A stretch of 64,000 nt of DNA from an uncultured cyanobacterium (GTDB lineage: Bacteria; Cyanobacteriota; Cyanobacteriia; Cyanobacteriales; Nostocaceae), in contig CAVUDP010000002.1 in the NCBI GenBank assembly GCA_963740315.1, forward strand, positions 2,368,001-2,432,000, in the 5' to 3' direction. The position numbers and the translations under genes were made by a program. The first letter of the stretch is position 1. Every line of letters begins with the position of its first letter. Below are positions 19,347 to 28,868 of this stretch, piece after piece. A model generated the notes under the pieces. That model was given only the letters and a program-made list of their open reading frames with translations, was not told the origin of the DNA and did not search any database.

Positions 19347-21884
19347 ATGTTTTTAGTCACTGATGCTATTAAAGAAAATCATCTGGCGGTTTCTCCTGAA
19401 ACTCGTTTGATAGAAATTATTAACTTAACAGAAAAATTAAAAGAACAAAAAACACTACCTCAAGAATTATTTGTTATAGAAAAATCGCAATTATTAGGTA
19501 TATTCACGCTTTCCGAGCTAATTCATTTAATTACTTCTGGAAGAAACTTAGAACAAGTTAAAGTTTCAGAAGTAATGAAACCTGCAATTACTTTAGAACT
19601 CGATCGCAATTATCAAACGGCGTTATCTCTGATGCGCGAACATGATATTAAATCTTTGCCAATTATCAATAAAATGGGAGAATTAATAGAAGTAGTTACT
19701 CCAGAGATTGTTGCTGTAAAGTTGCAAACAGAACTTTCAAGCACCAAAAAACAGCTACAATCAGAAATACAGAAATATAATTCGTTAAAAAAAGAGTTTG
19801 ATGATTTAAAAAATACTAATAAATTATTACAACGCAAAATGTGCGATAGTCTTGCAACCGAAGCACAACTTTTACAGACAACCAGCGAATTACAGGAGTT
19901 ATTCCAAGCTTTTCCCGATATTTATTTTCGTTTGAAAAGCGACGGTACTATCCTTAGCTGCCATGCTAATAAATTTTCCGATTTATATTTACCACCTGAC
20001 AAGTTTTTAGGTAAGCAATTAGAAGAAGTTGTACCACCCTCAATTGCTTGTCAATTTCGGGAAGCTATTTCTCAAGTATTAGAAACTAATTCGTTAATTG
20101 CAATCGAATATTCTTTATCAGTACCATCAGGAGACAAAAGTTTTGAAGCACGACTGCAAAGTACAATCGGACATAATATTATCGTTATCATCCGCGACAT
20201 AACCGAACGAAAACAAGCCGAAATAGAGTTACAAACCGCTAAAAATGAGCTAGAAGTACGAGTTGAAGAACGTACTCGCGAATTAAAAAATACAAACTCG
20301 CGTCTGCGACAAGAAATTATTGAACGTCAGCGATTTGAAGAAGAACTTCGTTTTCGAGTCGATTTTGAAAAGCTAATCACTAATATATCCACTGATTTTA
20401 TTAATCTTGATGCCGATCGAATAGACAATGGTATCAATCAAGCGTTAGAAACTATTAGTAAATTTGCTGATATTGACCGTAGCTATGTATTTTTATTAAC
20501 CGAGGATTCGGAGAAGATTAATAATACTCATGAATGGTGCGATCGCGTTCCATCGCGTATTGATGATTTACAAGATATCCATGTCGAAGATTTGACTTTA
20601 TTTATAGAAAAGCTTCAACGTGGTGAAATTTTGCAATTACAGGATATACAGGATTCACTTTTAGAAGAAACAGTTGCACAAGTTTTTAAAATTCAAGATA
20701 TTAAATCTCTGATTATTTTACCAATTGCTTGTAGCGGCAATTCGCTCGGTTTCTTAGGTTTTGAATCTTTTCACAAAACTACATGGACGGAAAACAGCAT
20801 TTTCTTACTTAAAATAGTAGCAGAAATGTTAGGAAATGTCTTAGGACGTAAGCGAGTAGAACAAGTTTTGAGGATAAGCGAAGAAAGATACGCACGAGCT
20901 ATTAATGCGGGAAAAGTGGGGGTTTGGGAGTGGAATATTCAAACGAATGAAGTTTATATTGATTCTAACTTGAAAGCGATGCTTGGCTATAAAGATGAAG
21001 AAATAGCCAATCAATTTAGTAACTGGTTGCGATTTGTACATTCCGATGATGTCGGTTTAGTAAAAGCTGAAATCAATGCTTATTTAGAAGAGTTAATTCC
21101 TAAATACGAAATAGAACATCGAATGCTACACAAAAACGGGGGTGCTTATTCATTTTTAACTCGCGGTACTGTAGTTCGGGATGAAGAAGGAATACCCGCT
21201 TTTATGGCTGGTTCAAGTACAGATATTACGGTTCGCAAACAGGTAGAAAATAAGTTAAAATCTTCTTTAAAAGAGAAAGAAGTACTACTTAAAGAAATTC
21301 ATCACCGCGTCAAAAACAATTTACAAATTATTTCAAGTTTGCTGCGTTTGCAGTCTGGATACATTAAAGATAAACAAGCTTTAGAAATTTTTCAAGATAG
21401 TCAAAATCGCGTCCGAGCAATGGCGTTGATTCATGAAAATTTGTATCAAACCAACGACTTAGCTAAAATAGAATTTTCTGAATATATTCGGAAGTTAAAG
21501 AATAATTTAATTCGTTGTTATAACAGTAAAAATATTAATATAAATGCCAATATAGAAAAAGTATATTTAAAACTTGATACGGCTATTCCTTGTGCTTTAA
21601 TTATCAACGAACTTGTTTCTAATTCAATGAAACACGCTTTTATAAATAATAACGAAGGAGAGATATACGTGGAGTTTATAACTTTGCAAAAAGGTAAATA
21701 CTCATTATCCGTCAGCGATAACGGTGTAGGAGTACGAGAAAATATTGATTCATTAAAAAAACAATCCCTTGGTTTAGAATTAGTTTGGAATTTAGTCGAG
21801 CAATTAGAAGGAACTATTATATATAATTCTAAACTCGGTGCTTCATTTAGAATTACATTCATCGACAACAATCAAGGGGAATAA
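19347..21884 (+). CDS. Sensor histidine kinase, CBS-PAS-GAF-PAS-HisKA_2-HATPase
   Basis: CBS pair at the N-terminus, RDITERKQ and [11 protein letters not shown] ends, [22 protein letters not shown]-box, [17 protein letters not shown]. Confidence 0.9.
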   Translation: MFLVTDAIKENHLAVSPETRLIEIINLTEKLKEQKTLPQELFVIEKSQLLGIFTLSELIHLITSGRNLEQVKVSEVMKPAITLELDRNYQTALSLMREHDIKSLPIINKMGELIEVVTPEIVAVKLQTELSSTKKQLQSEIQKYNSLKKEFDDLKNTNKLLQRKMCDSLATEAQLLQTTSELQELFQAFPDIYFRLKSDGTILSCHANKFSDLYLPPDKFLGKQLEEVVPPSIACQFREAISQVLETNSLIAIEYSLSVPSGDKSFEARLQSTIGHNIIVIIRDITERKQAEIELQTAKNELEVRVEERTRELKNTNSRLRQEIIERQRFEEELRFRVDFEKLITNISTDFINLDADRIDNGINQALETISKFADIDRSYVFLLTEDSEKINNTHEWCDRVPSRIDDLQDIHVEDLTLFIEKLQRGEILQLQDIQDSLLEETVAQVFKIQDIKSLIILPIACSGNSLGFLGFESFHKTTWTENSIFLLKIVAEMLGNVLGRKRVEQVLRISEERYARAINAGKVGVWEWNIQTNEVYIDSNLKAMLGYKDEEIANQFSNWLRFVHSDDVGLVKAEINAYLEELIPKYEIEHRMLHKNGGAYSFLTRGTVVRDEEGIPAFMAGSSTDITVRKQVENKLKSSLKEKEVLLKEIHHRVKNNLQIISSLLRLQSGYIKDKQALEIFQDSQNRVRAMALIHENLYQTNDLAKIEFSEYIRKLKNNLIRCYNSKNININANIEKVYLKLDTAIPCALIINELVSNSMKHAFINNNEGEIYVEFITLQKGKYSLSVSDNGVGVRENIDSLKKQSLGLELVWNLVEQLEGTIIYNSKLGASFRITFIDNNQGE

Positions 21885-21886
21885 AA

Positions 21887-23008
21887 ATGAAAGAAAAAAT
21901 CTTGGTTGTGGAAGACGAAAGAATCATTGCTTTCGATATTAAACATTGTTTAGAAAATTCCGGGTATATTGTCCCCGCAGTTATCGCTTATGGAGAAAAA
22001 GCAATTACCAAAGTAGAAGAATTACAGCCAGATTTGGTTTTAATGGATATGATGCTTAAAGGCGATATGAACGGAATTCAAGCCGCCGAAGCAATTATAA
22101 ATAGCTTTAATATCCCGGTAATTTTTCTCACCGCTTATTCCGACGAAAGCACTCTCAAAAAAGCCAAAGCAACTCAACCTTTTGGTTATGTACTCAAACC
22201 TTTTGAAGAAAGCCAACTAATTACTACCATTGAAATAGCTTTAGACAAACATCAAAAAGAAATTCTGATGCGGGATGCATTGCAAAAAGAGAAAGAAATG
22301 AGAGAACTAAAATCTCGCTTCGTTTCAATGATAAGTCACGAATTTCGCAATCCATTAAGCACAATTTTGAATTCTACAGAATTGCTCGCAAATCACAATC
22401 GGCAACTAACCGATAATAAAAAAGAGGAATACTTAGACTATATACAAAATTCTGTAAAACATCTCAATCAATTGTTGAATGATGTTTTATCAATTGGTAA
22501 AACAGAAGTTAATCAAAATCAGTTTAATCCTGCACCTTTAGATTTAAAAACATTTTGCGAAAATTTAGTAGCAGAAATCAAACTCACAGCAACTGAAAAA
22601 CATCAAATTATTTTAAAAATTCAAGGATGCTGCATTCAAAACGAAGATAGCGTACCTACAGTTAAACTACCTTGCTTGGATGAAAAACTACTCCGACACA
22701 TCCTGATCAATTTGTTATCGAATGCAATTAAATATTCTCCTCAAGGTGGCGAAATACGCTTTGATTTATTTTGCTTACAGGGAGAAGCTATTTTCCGCAT
22801 TCAAGATGAAGGTATTGGTATTCCGCAAATAGAACAAGAAAACTTATTTACTTCTTTCGAGAGAGGTAGTAATGTCGGTACAATACCCGGACATGGTTTA
22901 GGACTATCAATTGTAAAACAATATGTAGAATTGCATCAAGGAGAAATCAACTTGATTAGCAAAGAAGGAGTTGGAACAACTTTTATTGTTTCTATACCCT
23001 TGAAGTGA
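21887..23008 (+). CDS. Hybrid receiver-histidine kinase
   Basis: ILVVEDE/DLVLMD/KPF receiver; SHEFRNPL H-box, NLLSNAIKYS, GHGLGL. Confidence 0.9.
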   Translation: MKEKILVVEDERIIAFDIKHCLENSGYIVPAVIAYGEKAITKVEELQPDLVLMDMMLKGDMNGIQAAEAIINSFNIPVIFLTAYSDESTLKKAKATQPFGYVLKPFEESQLITTIEIALDKHQKEILMRDALQKEKEMRELKSRFVSMISHEFRNPLSTILNSTELLANHNRQLTDNKKEEYLDYIQNSVKHLNQLLNDVLSIGKTEVNQNQFNPAPLDLKTFCENLVAEIKLTATEKHQIILKIQGCCIQNEDSVPTVKLPCLDEKLLRHILINLLSNAIKYSPQGGEIRFDLFCLQGEAIFRIQDEGIGIPQIEQENLFTSFERGSNVGTIPGHGLGLSIVKQYVELHQGEINLISKEGVGTTFIVSIPLK

Positions 23009-23205
23009 GAGGGGATGGGGAGAGGGGGAGATGGGGAGATGGGGAGATGGGGAGAGGGGGAGAGGGGGAGACAAGGGGACAAGGAGACAAGGAGATAAAA
23101 AGAATTTTAACATGCAGACCTTTAACATGCAGACCTTTGACATTAATTACTTCTAACTCCTCACTCCGGTGGTCCGTGAGCTATTCCAATGCCCCATGCC
23201 CATCA
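23007..23205. repeat. Mixed STRR arrays between convergent genes
   Basis: GGGGAGAT, GGAGACAA, a 16-bp duplication TTTAACATGCAGACCT, and TGCCCCA units. Confidence 0.8.
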
Positions 23206-23206
23206 A

Positions 23207-24571
23207 TCATGAAACATTAATAGCTTTCTTCTCATTGAGTGATAGATAATCATCTGCTTTGCTATTAACTTCAACAGATGCTGGTAAGTCTTTTTCTGTA
23301 ATTAATCTTGCGCCACGACTGCGGTTGAAATAGTTCCAAATCCATTGAATCATCACTATTAGTTTGTTATCAAATTCAACTAAATAATAAATGTGAATTA
23401 ATGACCAAAATAGCCAAGCTATGAAACCTGTAAGTTTCATAAAGCCTAAATCAACAACGGCAGAATGCTGTCCAATTACTGCTAAACTACCTTTATCAAC
23501 GTAATTAAATGGGGTTATTGTATTGCCTTCTAACTGCTGTTTTATAGATTTTGCTACATAGTGCGCTTCTTGCATTGCTACAGGTGCAACGCCGGGTAAT
23601 GGTTTGCCTGTTTGATGAGCGAAATGTGCTAAATCACCAATTACATATATATTCGGATATCCCTTCAAACTTAAATCTGGTTCAACAATAACTCTTCCGG
23701 CTCGATCGCATTCTGCACCAGTTTTGTCTGCTATTACTTTACCCAAAGCTGAAGCTTTTACACCTGCTGCCCATAATACAGTTTTAGCTCCGAATTTCTT
23801 GATTTCGTCACCTTGCTTAATAGTAACTATATCGCCTTCAATACCCGTTACCAAAGTTTTTGTGACTACATTAACACCCAAATCTTCTAAAGATTTTTGA
23901 GCTTTCGCTGATAATTCTGGTGCAAATGGTGGTAAAACTCTATCCATACCTTCCAAAAGCAACACCTGCGTTTCGTGAGTGTCGATGTTACGAAAATCTT
24001 CCTTGAGAATACCGTAAGCCAACTCGGCGATCGCACCAGCTAATTCTACCCCAGTTGGACCACCGCCAACCACGACAAAGGTCAACAAAGTCCGACGTTT
24101 TTCTTCGTCTGCCTCTTGCTCTGCTGCTTCAAACGCCGTAAATATACGACGACGCATTTCAAGGGCATCTTCTACTGTTTTTAAGCCCGGTGCGAATTCT
24201 TCCCACTCATCCTTACCAAAATACGAATGCTTAGCACCAGTAGCAATAATTAAACTGTCATAAGGAATTTTTTCACCCCCCATCACAACATTTTGCTCTT
24301 GTGGATCGATATCTTTAACCTCTCCCAACAGCACCCTCGTATTTTTGCTCTTTTTAAGTACCGAGCGCAATGGTGAGGATATATCAGCCGGTGATAAAGT
24401 ACCAGTCGCTACTTGATATAGAAGTGGTTGAAACAAATGAAAATTTCTTTTATCAATTAAAGTAACATTTATATCTTTTTGACTCAGTGCTTTTGCGGTA
24501 TACAGTCCCCCAAAACCTCCACCAACAATAACCACGTGATGAGGCGGTTTAGTTCCAGCTTTACTTTCCAT
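23207..24571 (-). CDS. Type II NADH dehydrogenase (NDH-2)
   Basis: GGGFGG, HLFQPLLYQVATG, GGGPTGVELAG, WAAGV. Confidence 0.92.
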   Translation of the reverse strand: MESKAGTKPPHHVVIVGGGFGGLYTAKALSQKDINVTLIDKRNFHLFQPLLYQVATGTLSPADISSPLRSVLKKSKNTRVLLGEVKDIDPQEQNVVMGGEKIPYDSLIIATGAKHSYFGKDEWEEFAPGLKTVEDALEMRRRIFTAFEAAEQEADEEKRRTLLTFVVVGGGPTGVELAGAIAELAYGILKEDFRNIDTHETQVLLLEGMDRVLPPFAPELSAKAQKSLEDLGVNVVTKTLVTGIEGDIVTIKQGDEIKKFGAKTVLWAAGVKASALGKVIADKTGAECDRAGRVIVEPDLSLKGYPNIYVIGDLAHFAHQTGKPLPGVAPVAMQEAHYVAKSIKQQLEGNTITPFNYVDKGSLAVIGQHSAVVDLGFMKLTGFIAWLFWSLIHIYYLVEFDNKLIVMIQWIWNYFNRSRGARLITEKDLPASVEVNSKADDYLSLNEKKAINVS

Positions 24572-24676
24572 AAAATTTATTTACTCCCGTTGACGTTCCT
24601 GTCACTATTCTTAACAAATTTTTACCATTTTTCACAGAGGGTTTTGTTTGTCATTTATATCTAATTTTTAGTAAAA

Positions 24677-24690
24677 GTATTAAAGATTAC
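24677..24690. promoter_or_regulatory. Possible NtcA-binding site upstream of the NDH-2 gene
   Basis: GTA-TTAAAGAT-TAC fits GTA-N8-TAC about 105 bp upstream of the start; no canonical -10 at the expected spacing. Confidence 0.3.
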
Positions 24691-25001
24691 ATAGCTTAAG
24701 TAATTAATGGTACGGTTAAAGGTTTTTTTGAATCAAAATTTTAAGTGTGAAGTAGGCGCTAGCAATGAAATTGAGTGTTAAATTATCTGAATTGAAGAAT
24801 TAACTGCAATTAAATAATAAGTAAAAGTACTGCTTGTGGTAGATATACTAATTACAATAAAAATATTTTGAAGTTGGATTGTTTATGCTTTCTTAAAGTC
24901 ATTTTTAGATATAGCAGATTTTAATTAACCCAAAGCTGGTATATTCTTTGTAATTAATAAACTTAACGCGATATAAAATATTTAGTCGTATTCAAGAGAA
25001 A

Positions 25002-25215
25002 TAGGACTTACGTTAGCGTTCACGCGGAGCGTGCGGCTCAGCGTGACGCGGTAGCGTCATTATTGTCACAATCTATGGGTGGTGCGTGACGCTACAAATA
25101 TTGTAACCACGTACAAAATTTATTAAAGCGTCACACAACGGCAATAAAGCGGGAGGAGTATCCACACCGCTTTTTGCCTCCCCTACAACGAAAATTGTGC
25201 CAGTTGCGTAAGTTG
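25002..25215. repeat. Composite of nested small dispersed repeats
   Basis: Outer inverted arms GGACTTACG / CGTAAGT enclose GC-rich SDR-like units and a GCGTGACGCT..AGCGTCACAC palindromic element. Confidence 0.55.
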
Positions 25216-25271
25216 TAATAAATAAAAAATGGATAAAGACTTAATTATTTTTATTCTTAGCGTTTCCTTAC

Positions 25272-25731
25272 CGAAAATAATGGGTTTAAAGCCTCGTTCT
25301 TTTAGGACGACTTTTAATATTTTATTATTCCGTGATAAAATAAGATTGTCCTATTGTTGAAATACCGTCGCACCGAGGTGAAAATTCTAGATGAAACAAG
25401 CTAGCACTTTTGAGGGAGAAATAATTGGATAGTAGGGTAGCGAAAACCTCGTAAAACATAGCGCAGTAAACGATTAAAGTCGTTGAATGATTTAAGCCAA
25501 CATATCGTTGTAGAACTATTTGAGGTAACTCAGATAGCGAGCTGGCATACGCAAATCTCCCTTGCAATAGGGAAACGCTTGGAGAGCTATCCATAAGTGG
25601 GCAACTAGATAGCAATTGATATTCTAGTAAGCTCGGATAGAACATAATCGTGTAAGACGTACCTCCGGCTTCGGTCGAAAGCGCAGTGATTAGCTCAAGA
25701 ATCCCCGCTCGTTCACGACGGGGAGTGTCAA
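25272..25731 (+). mobile_element. Non-autonomous IS200/IS605-family element (PATE/MITE), 460 bp
   Basis: TTAC immediately 5' (25268-25271); AAAG before the left imperfect hairpin; GAAT before the right hairpin CCCCGCTCGTTCACGACGGGG; terminal TCAA. These match the IS608-type CL/GL/GR/CR motifs. No tnpA/tnpB ORF. Confidence 0.8.
25333..25341 (+). promoter_or_regulatory. Candidate extended -10 promoter inside the element's left end
   Basis: TG-A-TAAAAT pointing into the structured interior. Confidence 0.45.
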
Positions 25732-25776
25732 AGAAATGGGTACTAAATTACCTTGGAAAAAATAGGAGTTTAACTG

Positions 25777-26472
25777 CTAAATCTTATTCCCTGAACCGCG
25801 AATTATAACACGTTCGCCTTCAACATTTATACTTTCAAGTTTAATTGGTAGCTTTTTTAGTTCTTGGGAAAGAAATTGGTTGAAACTTTCTTGAGAAATG
25901 CCTAGATTTTGGGAAACTTCAGCAATCGGAAAGCTAAAATTACCTAAAGAAATCCGAGTTGTATCGTCAAAGGTAAATTTGCGATCGCGAATGCTGGGTT
26001 TTCCTTCAATTCCAATATATAGACGTTTTTCTTTACCCGGTAAACGTTGTATCAACTGGATAATTTTTGTTTCTTTCCATGCAGACAATTCTTGTGGAGA
26101 GATAGCTGAAGCTTCAACAACAGCACCTACAGAGATTTTACCGTTTTTAATTTGAGTATTTGTACTTTTAATTGCTGAGGAAAATTTCCTATTATCATCT
26201 TTTTTACCAATAGAAGAAATAATTAATGAATTGACTTCATCCGCATCAAGTTGTACTTCTCCTGTCGTTTTTGCTGTCAAATTATCTGAAACTTTACGCA
26301 ATACCTCTTCAGGTTGTGGCGATTTGGTTTTGTTAACAGAAATTACCTTTTCTTCTTTATAGGTTTGAGTATACCAAGAAGGTAATTGCATCGCTTGTTG
26401 CCACATAAAAAACCCAGCAATACCGATACCACCTAAAATTAAGCTAAATGTCAGCAGAAGTCGCTTATACAT
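25777..26472 (-). CDS. Hypothetical protein with an N-terminal membrane anchor
   Basis: Likely start MYKRLLL (26472); single TM followed by 'WQQAMQLPSWY'. Confidence 0.7.
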   Translation of the reverse strand: MYKRLLLTFSLILGGIGIAGFFMWQQAMQLPSWYTQTYKEEKVISVNKTKSPQPEEVLRKVSDNLTAKTTGEVQLDADEVNSLIISSIGKKDDNRKFSSAIKSTNTQIKNGKISVGAVVEASAISPQELSAWKETKIIQLIQRLPGKEKRLYIGIEGKPSIRDRKFTFDDTTRISLGNFSFPIAEVSQNLGISQESFNQFLSQELKKLPIKLESINVEGERVIIRGSGNKI

Positions 26473-26541
26473 AATATGAAGAAACGATAAAAGATAAAAT
26501 ATATTTACAATGCCCAACACCCCTTATTATACAGATACAAT

Positions 26542-26569
26542 AAAAAACCCCAGTCAGGGGACTGGGGTT
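26542..26569 (-). terminator. Intrinsic terminator of the DUF760 gene
   Basis: 10-bp stem AACCCCAGTC/GACTGGGGTT with a 4-nt loop and a U-tract on the minus strand. Confidence 0.75.
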
Positions 26570-26593
26570 AAGACATTAACTAGATTAATTGAT

Positions 26594-26938
26594 TTACTCA
26601 TTATCCCGAACATCATCTTCTACCGATTGCAAAGAACTTTCAAATGCCATACGCTGTTCAACATTACGTAACAAATAACCATTAAACATCGCTGAAGCTA
26701 AAAGTTTCCCTAAATTTTCGCGATTGGTAGCGATCGTGACGTTGAAATCTTCTGAAGGCAAACCCCCCAACATACTAACGATAGTACGTTCAATTGCTTC
26801 CAACACTTCTGGAGAACCAGGTCGAGAAAGTTGAGTCATCGTTTCAGGACTCAAGGATTTAATGTAATGTAAAAACGAATTACCATTTGTTGTTTGATTA
26901 TCAAAAAAATCTGGATTGCGTTCGTCTATATTATTCAT
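26594..26938 (-). CDS. DUF760 family protein
   Basis: YIKSLSPE...LGGLPSEDFNVTI..RENLGKLLASAMFNGYLLRNVEQR. Confidence 0.85.
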   Translation of the reverse strand: MNNIDERNPDFFDNQTTNGNSFLHYIKSLSPETMTQLSRPGSPEVLEAIERTIVSMLGGLPSEDFNVTIATNRENLGKLLASAMFNGYLLRNVEQRMAFESSLQSVEDDVRDNE

Positions 26939-27066
26939 GAGAATTTGTGTGTGAGATTATTTATACTTACATTAATAAATGTAACAGGTTTGAAATTGTA
27001 GTGCAGTAGTTAAACCGTACTGAAAATGGGGGTTTCTTCTACTTTAGGGAAAATCATCGGGAATTT

Positions 27067-27255
27067 GGGAGACAAGGGGATGGGGAGACAAGGTGATGGG
27101 GGGATGGGGGGATGGGGAGACAAGGGGATGGGGAGATGGGGGGATGGGGAGATGGGGGTAGTGCGAGCATCTTGCTCGCTTGATACATATCTTGATACAT
27201 ATAGCTCGCTTGATACATATCTTGATACATATAGCTCGCTTGATGCTCGCACTAC
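27067..27255. repeat. STRR array followed by a REP-like element with an internal 30-bp tandem duplication
   Basis: Inverted arms GTAGTGCGAGCATC (27158) and GATGCTCGCACTAC (27255); interior TGATACATATCTTGATACATATAGCTCGCT x2. Confidence 0.85.
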
Positions 27256-27343
27256 AAGATTAGGTAAATGATTTTTTGGAAGTCTTTAATTATTCCGACG
27301 ATTCTCACTCATTTCTAACTTCCCGTGCCCTATGCCCTATGCC

Positions 27344-28501
27344 CTATGCCCTATGCCCTATGCCCTTCGTCTCAAATATTTCCAAAAGTTTATCGACATT
27401 TTCTTTGCGGCTGTTGTAACCCATTAGTCCGATACGCCATACTTTGCCGCCTAATTCACCAAGCCCGCCACCAATTTCAAGGTTGTGTTCTAATAGTAGT
27501 TCTCGCGCAACGGCTTTACCATCAATGCCTTCGGGAATCCGAACTGTGGTAAGTGTTGGTAATCTGTACTGTTTTTCAACGTGTAAAGTCATTCCTAAAT
27601 CTTCTAAACCTTGCCACAGATATTCTGCATTTTTCTGATGCCTTTGCCAACTATTTTCTACTCCTTCTTCGGCAATTAAACGTAGGGATTCCCGTAAAGC
27701 ATAATATAAATTTATCGGGGCTGTATGATGATATGTGCGTTCTTTACCCCAATATTTGCTTAACAGGTTCATATCCAAGTACCAGTTTGCCACCTTTGTT
27801 TGACGCTTTTGCAACTTTTCCATTGCGCGATCGCTCATTGTAAATGGTGACGCGCCGGGAGGACAACCCAAGCCTTTCTGACTACAGCTATAAGCTAAAT
27901 CAACTCCCCATTCATCTAAATACAAAGGTACTCCACCCATACTTGTTACCGAATCCACCAGCAGCAAACTACCATGCTCGCGACATAATTCGCTGACTCC
28001 TTCCAAGGGTTGACGTGCCCCAGTGGAAGTTTCTGCATGAACCAACGCTACTATAGTTGGACGATGAGTTGCGATCGCACTTTGCAATTCATCTAAGGAA
28101 AATACCTGTCCCCAAGGTTTGGTAATGGTTCGCACATCTGCACCGTAACGTCCAGCCATATCAACCAAACGGAGTCCAAAGTATCCAACGACACCAACTA
28201 ATACCACATCCCCCGGTTCTACAGCATTGGCGATCGTGGCTTCCATTGCAGCGCTTCCCGTCCCGCTAACGGCTATTGTGAGTTGGTTTTCCGTTTGCCA
28301 TACATAGCGTAACAGTGATTGAATCTCATCCATCAGCGTTAAGAAAGCCGGATCGAGATGACCCACGGGAGGAGTATTCATCGCTTTAAGTATGTCGGGA
28401 TGAATATTTGATGGACCAGGACCGAGAAGCAAGCGATTAGGTATATTTAAGGGTGATAGTTGTAATTTATTAGCGTTTTTTGTAGACAGTGTTTGCGTCA
28501 T
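27344..28501 (-). CDS. Alanine/serine-glyoxylate aminotransferase (class V PLP enzyme)
   Basis: LLLGPGPS, HAETSTG, YSCSQKGLGCPPG (PLP Lys), YHHTAP. Confidence 0.92.
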   Translation of the reverse strand: MTQTLSTKNANKLQLSPLNIPNRLLLGPGPSNIHPDILKAMNTPPVGHLDPAFLTLMDEIQSLLRYVWQTENQLTIAVSGTGSAAMEATIANAVEPGDVVLVGVVGYFGLRLVDMAGRYGADVRTITKPWGQVFSLDELQSAIATHRPTIVALVHAETSTGARQPLEGVSELCREHGSLLLVDSVTSMGGVPLYLDEWGVDLAYSCSQKGLGCPPGASPFTMSDRAMEKLQKRQTKVANWYLDMNLLSKYWGKERTYHHTAPINLYYALRESLRLIAEEGVENSWQRHQKNAEYLWQGLEDLGMTLHVEKQYRLPTLTTVRIPEGIDGKAVARELLLEHNLEIGGGLGELGGKVWRIGLMGYNSRKENVDKLLEIFETKGIGHRA

Positions 28502-28560
28502 GATGGTAGATACTACTGATTTGAGAAATGCTCGATTATAGCTATATATTAAACTTAATT

Positions 28561-28845
28561 GCCCGCACTCTAGAAGAGTGGGGAACCAACATTACAAAGC
28601 CCACCGTAAGATGGGCTAAAGGCTTTAACAATTAGAACACTAATAAAAAAGATGTTGGGTTACGACGCGACATTAATTTCTAATTAAAACCATGATTCCG
28701 GAGTGCGTCTAACCCAACCTACAAAATAATTAAATTAGTGAAAATCTATCTAGCCCACGTTCACCGTTCACGAAGTGCGGCTCAGGTGTGGCTCAGGTGG
28801 GCTTTGTAATTGTAGTTCCCCACCATAAAGAGGGTGAGGGCTTTG
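28561..28845. repeat. Nested REP-like composite
   Basis: Outer inverted arms of about 60 bp (ATTACAAAGCCCACC..TGGGCTA / TAGCCCA..GGTGGGCTTTGTAAT) enclose a TGTTGGGTTACGAC..TAACCCAACCTAC element; an extra insert lies in the right arm. Confidence 0.75.
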
Positions 28846-28868
28846 GTGAAGGCTTTATTTAAAATCTA

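Noticed and set aside
22907..23220. ORFs 22907-23143 (-) and 23005-23220 (+)
   Set aside because: Low-complexity translations of STRR arrays.
25325..25645. 106-aa minus-strand ORF as transposase or TnpB
   Set aside because: No HUH, RuvC or zinc-finger motifs; it is antisense to the element's orientation and probably a chance frame.
25272..25731. Group I intron/IStron
   Set aside because: A P7-like pairing (GATTA/TAATC) exists, but the element starts after C and ends in A rather than following U and ending in G, and it is intergenic. Not supportable without a covariance-model search.
27010..27271. ORFs on both strands (80 and 81 aa)
   Set aside because: Translations of STRR and REP repeats.
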